From the human T2T-CHM13v2.0 reference genome, Homo sapiens, in assembly GCF_009914755.1 (NCBI RefSeq), contig NC_060928.1: a DNA stretch of 64,000 nucleotides. One strand, 5' to 3'. Made by a program: the position numbers and the translations under genes. Below, piece by piece: positions 56,101-64,000 of the stretch (its first letter is position 1; every line of letters starts with the position of its first letter). Below the pieces are notes generated by a model, which was not told the DNA's origin, did not search any database, and saw only the letters and a program-made list of their open reading frames with translations.

Positions 56101-57493
56101 CAGCAGTTCTCAAATGTTTTGACCTCAGAACTCCTTTACATTTTTAAAAATTAATGAGAACCAAAATGTTGATGTGTGTTCATTCTATCTATCACTATTC
56201 ATTATATTAAAAATTAAAATGGAGACATTACAAAAATATCTACTTATAAACCCTTCACATGTTGACATAAAATATTTTTATTAAAAAACTATTTTTTCAA
56301 AACAAAAACAAAGCAAGAAGAGTTATATTGTTTTATATTTATGCAAATCTCTTTAATGGCTGGCTTAAGAGTGTTGGATTCTTATTTCTGCTTCTGAATT
56401 CCATGTGGCAATGTCTTCTTTTGGTTTAAGTTCCTAAAGAAAAATTCCACACATACTTCACACAGCTATGCAACTGGAAAAGAGAAGAATATTTTAATCG
56501 CCTTCTCAGATAATGTTGAATTTCCTTCTTTGATATGACACCAAAACTTGACAAGTGATAATTTCTTAAAGCAATATGCAATGTAGAAACTGAAACCACA
56601 TCAATGAACTTGTTTTTGTGTGCTGCATGAAGTTCCACTGCTCTGTCTTGTGATCAAATAGGGGTCTTTTGTTCATGCATAATATTGTACATCCACGCAT
56701 TTGGAAAATATTGACTAATTGATTATGCAGCTCTTACAAATGTTGATGATTTTATTATACAATATAAAAATACTTATAATTACTGATCTCATAAGAAAAG
56801 TCTCTAAGTAGTGGGAAGCTGTTAAATCCCATGGTTGTGGATGTATTTCAAAATGTAATTTGTACATGAAAGCTCTAATTTTACTGCTGACAATAATACA
56901 TACTGACAGCTATTCCCTTGAGGTATCAGGCTTACATCATTTATTTTCAATAAAATCTCTGCCAAATATCCAAGTCTGTATAGTTTGTGTGTTAGCCATT
57001 CTTTCAAGTAAAAAGAGTGTTTACGAAAACACTGGCTAATTTTAGCTCACAACTCAATCACACAAGTGTTTTTCCTCAAGACATACTTTAGTATGCAGCA
57101 GATACAATTCATGCATAATTCTCATTTTGTCAAAGAACACAAAGTGAAGGGTTGACATTTAATCAAATTAATATTTTTCCTGCTTCATCATCAAGGACAT
57201 TCTTAAGAGAAACTAATTTTTTTTTTTAACTGCAAGTGTGTAGCTGCAAAAACAAATGATGATAATTAGTACAATTTGGTGTCACCGTCTTGATGTGTGC
57301 TGAGGCACCAGCAGTTTTACCCATCATTGTTTTTGCACCAAATGTCAACACAGAGAATCACTGCAGATATCAACACAAGGAAAAAGCAAACAATGCCCTA
57401 GCATTACTATGAAAAGAGTTATGACGTCACAGACCATGTGAGAGTGTTTCCGGAACCCCCGGGCCCCGGTGCACCACACTTGGAGAAGTGCTG
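56101..57493 (-). mobile_element. Charlie1a-like hAT DNA transposon with decayed transposase
   Basis: cag..gttctcaaa / ttggagaagtgctg termini; minus ORF LGYLAEILLKINDVSLIPQG resembles the Charlie transposase motif LAYLADIF..LN.LN..LQG. Confidence 0.8.
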
Positions 57494-57549
57494 CCTTGAT
57501 GCAGGGGATTTCAAACCCTGGTTGCCAATTAAAACAATGTAGAGAGCTT

Positions 57550-57842
57550 TTATATATACACATACATACACACACATACACACACACAAACATATATGCA
57601 TACATATCCATATCCATATATTATATATACATACATATATACATATACATTACATATATACACACATTTACATACATATATACATATACATGGACATTAC
57701 ATATACACACACACATATACTTACATATCTTGAGATGCATCTATGTTTCTCAGGCTGGTCTCTAACTCCTGGGTTTAAGCAATTCTCCCACTTTCAGCAT
57801 CCCAAGTAGCTAGGATTACAGGCGTGAGCCACCACACACAGG
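57550..57842 (-). mobile_element. FLAM monomer whose tail has become a (TA/CA)n microsatellite of about 175 bp
   Basis: Low-complexity 57550-57728 followed by an antisense monomer; flanking agcttt repeat. Confidence 0.8.
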
Positions 57843-57867
57843 TAGCTTTTAAAAAATACATATGCTG

Positions 57868-58555
<688 letters not shown>

Positions 58556-58750
58556 TTAAAGGTTCCTGGGTGTTTCTACTAAGAACAAGGTTGAGAAACA
58601 TTGGTCTTGTCTCTATGGTATTTGAACCAGTTTTGAATGCTATGGCCTCTTCTTCCTTGTTTTATTATTCTAACTTTCCCCAAGTTCTTTGATGTGCTAA
58701 GCACACTTATCTATGACTCTTCTAACTCACTCAAATCTTACATTCTTTAA

Positions 58751-59315
<565 letters not shown>

Positions 59316-59619
59316 TTAAAATGATTATTAATTAATATATGAACTTGTTGTTGGAAAAGAATATACATTTTTCTTATATTTTCTAATAAGAAGGTACAGA
59401 AAATCATATTGCAATTTATTACATTGCTCCTCCCACATAGCACTTTGCTAGATTTTGAATTTTACTTGGTAGGATAGTCTGGCATCATATGGACAAAGAG
59501 TTAAACTTGTTTCTATAAATGACAAAATAGCTCTCTCTATATAAGTGACAGAATTTCCTGATGAAAATTAGACCATGAAGCAAAGGTTAATAGTAAGTAT
59601 AATAAAAATAAGGTTTCCT

Positions 59620-59994
<375 letters not shown>

Positions 59995-61169
59995 CTAACC
60001 CTCTCATATCTGAGCAAACTCTTCCCTTAAAGAAATAAAAATGGCCAAGACTCTCGGATGACTAATGACACTAAGAGAGCTGGTGTCAACAATCTGTATC
60101 CAGTTCACGGGCCACAGTTCACTAGCCTCCAGCCTGGTTGATAAAACTATGCCCCGTGATAAAACTATTCACAAAATATCATTTGAACACTTTACTATGT
60201 GGAATTTAAGATAAGAATTTGGGGATGGGGGAAAAGGTATTTTTCTCCCTTCATAGAGATTGTAGTTCTCAGCTGTTACCAAATTGTCGATATAACACGA
60301 AAGAGTGACTGCTCTCTTTCAGAGTCTGAAAGAGAAAGAGAATTCCTCCAGGTCAGAAGAAGAGGATAATGATTTTTTAAGAGTATATCGAGAGATTGAG
60401 GACATGAAGAAGAATTTCAGGCAGGCAAAGGAAATGGCTGGAAATAAATGTCTCAGGCATAACTGGTTTTCCACAGTTGTCTTTCAGAGCTGCCACAGGG
60501 AACAACTTCATAGCCTTATTGAGCATGAAGCAGTTAAAGTTTCCATTAAAATTGGCTAAATTAACTCTCCCGATGCTTTCGGACAAATAGTAAAAGGTCA
60601 GGCCTGATGTTTAACTGACTTCATAATATCTGCTTTTCTTTTATTTATTAATATTATTTTCACTTTCCTTTTTATTACCATTGTTTCAAATATGTTATTT
60701 AAAGTAACTACACATGAGAATGTTATGAAATAGTGAGGCAATATTAAACCAGTCCAAGCATGGTGCTTCTTTCCATAACCACCTTTATATCTAATTGCAG
60801 TCCTCGCCTTCCTGTTTTCTTATTGGACCACTAGGCTGGAATGTCTAAGCTGTGTAAATTCAAGCTCACTAGGCTTTTATCTTTGACAGTGCCTAGTGTC
60901 ACTTTGGGAATATCTTGGGGAATATGTTACATCTGCACATTTTTTTTTCATTTTATTGTCTTTTCTTCCTTGCAAATTGTTACCTAATGACACATTAACT
61001 TGTCAGATTATTTGGTTACTTTCTGTTTCAATCATTTCTATTAATTTAATTTTTCACATCCAGTTTTCATGTTTACCGAGCAATTTTGATGTTCAGTTTG
61101 TTTTACTTTCCTTACACTACAAATTTCTTGTTTGAAATCTCCTGCCTTATTTCCAGTTTTTTTTTAAAT

Positions 61170-61283
61170 CCCTTTTCCCTCCCTTTCTTTTCCCTCCTTC
61201 CCTCCCTCCCTTCCTCCCTTTCTTCTTTACTGTCTTTCTCTCTTTTTTCTTCCTTACCTGCTTCCTTGCTTTTCTTCCTTACT
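61170..61283. repeat. Polypyrimidine (CCTT/CT-rich) low-complexity tract
   Basis: Almost purine-free run. Confidence 0.85.
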
Positions 61284-61319
61284 TCAAAATCATAGGGAAG
61301 GCTCACAGATACTCAACAA

Positions 61320-61545
61320 TTATTCAATTGTTACATATTCAAATGGTAAGCATGTAAATGCTTACCATGTCCTAAACACTGTGCCAAGCCCATACATATA
61401 TATTTTTTTAGTTCTCATAACCATTCTCTGAGGCAGAAATTATCATTCCCCTCATTTTGCAGATATTAAACCTCAGGCTTAGAAAGAACATGTAAACTGA
61501 CCACGTAAGTCAGTGGCAGAGTCATAGACAGAATTGAGCTACGCT
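61320..61545 (-). mobile_element. MIR SINE
   Basis: cattttgcagatattaaacctcaggcttagaaag. Confidence 0.6.
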
Positions 61546-63322
61546 GCCTTTCCCCATAGGGTGAGATTCTCAACCATTCTGCCTGTAACTCTATCTCTGA
61601 CTATAGCTGCAAAGTGTCCTCTAAAAAAGAAAGGATAACTGTTCTTGATGATATTCACCTCAGAAAAATTAAAGTTTATTCCAAATATCAGAGGCTTCCA
61701 TTAATAGTATTTTATAAGACTATGATCTATAAATGTGTCCAAAGCCAACCTGAAGTCATTTATGTTTTTTACACTTACTATCTCAAAATGGTAGACTTTT
61801 CTAGAAGTTTTATATACATCCTATTAGCTGCTCTTCCTTTTAGACCTTTAAAGTTTCCCTCATTCGTCACCCCTTTCACCTGCATGGCATTTTGCCGGCT
61901 CACTGCCACATCTCTTCACTCCCTTCCCTTCCTTCTAACATTTTTGGCTTCTGTCGCATCTCTTCTCCACTTCAACTTTCCAGAGTCCTAATTCAGTTAG
62001 TCAATTGTCATTCACTGCCTCTGCTTTCTCTTGATTTCTGTAATTGCACTCCTTATGACCCCTTTCCCGTCCACCATATTCTTCTGAAAGTACAGATCAA
62101 ATAGATGTCCCAACTTATTTCAGACAGGAAAGCTTTGATTGGGCAAATTATATTGTAAGTACTGTGAGGGCTGGGTTGAAAGAAAAATATGAGACTGAAA
62201 GCAGGAAAGCTCTTGCAATAACATGGATAAGAGGCAATGAGGTCTGCTGGGGGGAACCGTGGGCTGTGATGAATGGAATGCAGACAAATATGGGGTAAGA
62301 TCCACTGCCGCCCACTTGCCAGCTCGGTGGCCCTGGGCAAATCACTGAAGGTCTTTGAGCTTTAGTGCTTTCATTTTCAAGATAAAGGTTGTAATATCTA
62401 TCTTATTTGTTGCTTCAAGCATCAAAGGAAATACATTTATTTTGGCTTATAGGAGATGCTCCAGAAGTTGCAGTCTTCACAATTTAGATTTGGGGCAATT
62501 CGGTTGCAAAGAGAGATAGATAAGGGAAACAAAGACGAGAAGAATAAAAGAATGCCAGTAGGTTCAGTTTGAATTATCTCTGGCTTTCTAAATTCCTAGA
62601 TTGTTCCTAACCTGCCACAATATATGTGGGTTTTCTTTGTCTTGTTTTCATCTGGAAAAACTTACCATCTTTGAAAAGATATGTTTTTGATAATACTAGC
62701 CTATATTACTTGCCAGTTAACTGCTATCTGTGAGTTTCTCTGTATAGGAAGTTGGAGGGGGGTAGTGATGGGAAAAGAAAAAAAGCGGTAGCGGAAGGCA
62801 GAAAGGTGGGCAGAAGAAAGATGAGAGTGGAGGGTGGCAGCAAAGGCAAGGTGTTACACAATCTTTCTTTTTGATTCATAGCACACACTTTTCCTGAGTT
62901 TGCTCCGGGTTGTTTTCAAAGAGTGTACAGATTTCCTGCTGATTATTGACTCTGCTTTACAATTCCAGCGTTTTGTCATAGTTTGTTTTTTAAAGTTGAG
63001 TAACCAAGCACATGTACCTTTGTCTATGCCGCTAATACCTCCTTAGTCACATAACAGCTGTTCCCTGGGTCTCTCCTATAGTGCTGTGACACGTTTGTAC
63101 CCAGCAAGGAAATCATATCCCTCAGTCATCATTACTTTAGTTCTAATCATTTGCATTTCTATAATCTCTCCTATGATACACATTTGTATTTCAGAATTTC
63201 TTGCCCTAGTTAATGTGGGAGAATTAGCTAGAAGGTAAGTTATATAAAAAAATCTGTTTTCTTCCTTGTAATTGTCATCTAGAGGTCTCCCCTACCATTA
63301 TATCCCTTGAAATTCTGAGTAA

Positions 63323-63655
<333 letters not shown>

Positions 63656-64000
63656 TGAGTTGGGGAAATCAAAGGTTTACCACCTTCCAAACCACCACTA
63701 TTTGCAGCCCTCCTGTTTGTCCTCTGCTAGCCAATGCTTCCCCACTCTCCCATTCTGCCTGTGGGTTGCCCCCTTTAGTCCTGACCTCCATCCCATCTCT
63801 CCTCCTTCCACCCATCCCAATCAAATATCTCTAATTTGGTAATTAAGAAGGATGTTCATCTAACTAGAATATTCACACCAGCGAATGGATGAGGCTTAAC
63901 CCCTTCAGAGATCATTTCCATTTTAAAGCTGTAAAAATGAAGAAAGGGAATATTGGGAAAGAAATGGCCAGATCCTGCATTTTTGGTGACCCCATATCTG

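Noticed and set aside
60305-60559. Charged 84-aa ORF
   Set aside because: GTG start, no recognisable homology and no exon context

Overview
Human (primate) genomic DNA carrying the 3' part of the DNA glycosylase gene NEIL3 on the + strand. Coding exons 3-10 span 6500-33282 with canonical GT-AG junctions that join in frame, and the 3' UTR runs to about 33745. Exons 1-2 lie upstream of the window. The introns and about 30 kb of downstream intergenic DNA are mostly interspersed repeats: many Alus, old L1/L2/MIR, Tigger and hAT DNA transposons, MaLR/ERV1 LTRs and an ERVL protease fragment. Almost all listed ORFs are repeat-derived artefacts. I found no prokaryotic-type system, RNA gene or second protein-coding gene. 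The best leads are NEIL3 RNA-processing features. (1) The exon 8-9 circle (596 nt, circNEIL3) holds a 198-aa ORF that runs exactly once around it and ends in a TAATG stop-start overlap. (2) An in-frame cryptic acceptor in exon 10 would remove the second GRF zinc finger cleanly. (3) A strong orphan acceptor 8 kb downstream could be an alternative last exon. Repeat subfamily names and reference-protein comparisons come from memory of consensus sequences, not from searches, and repeat boundaries are approximate.
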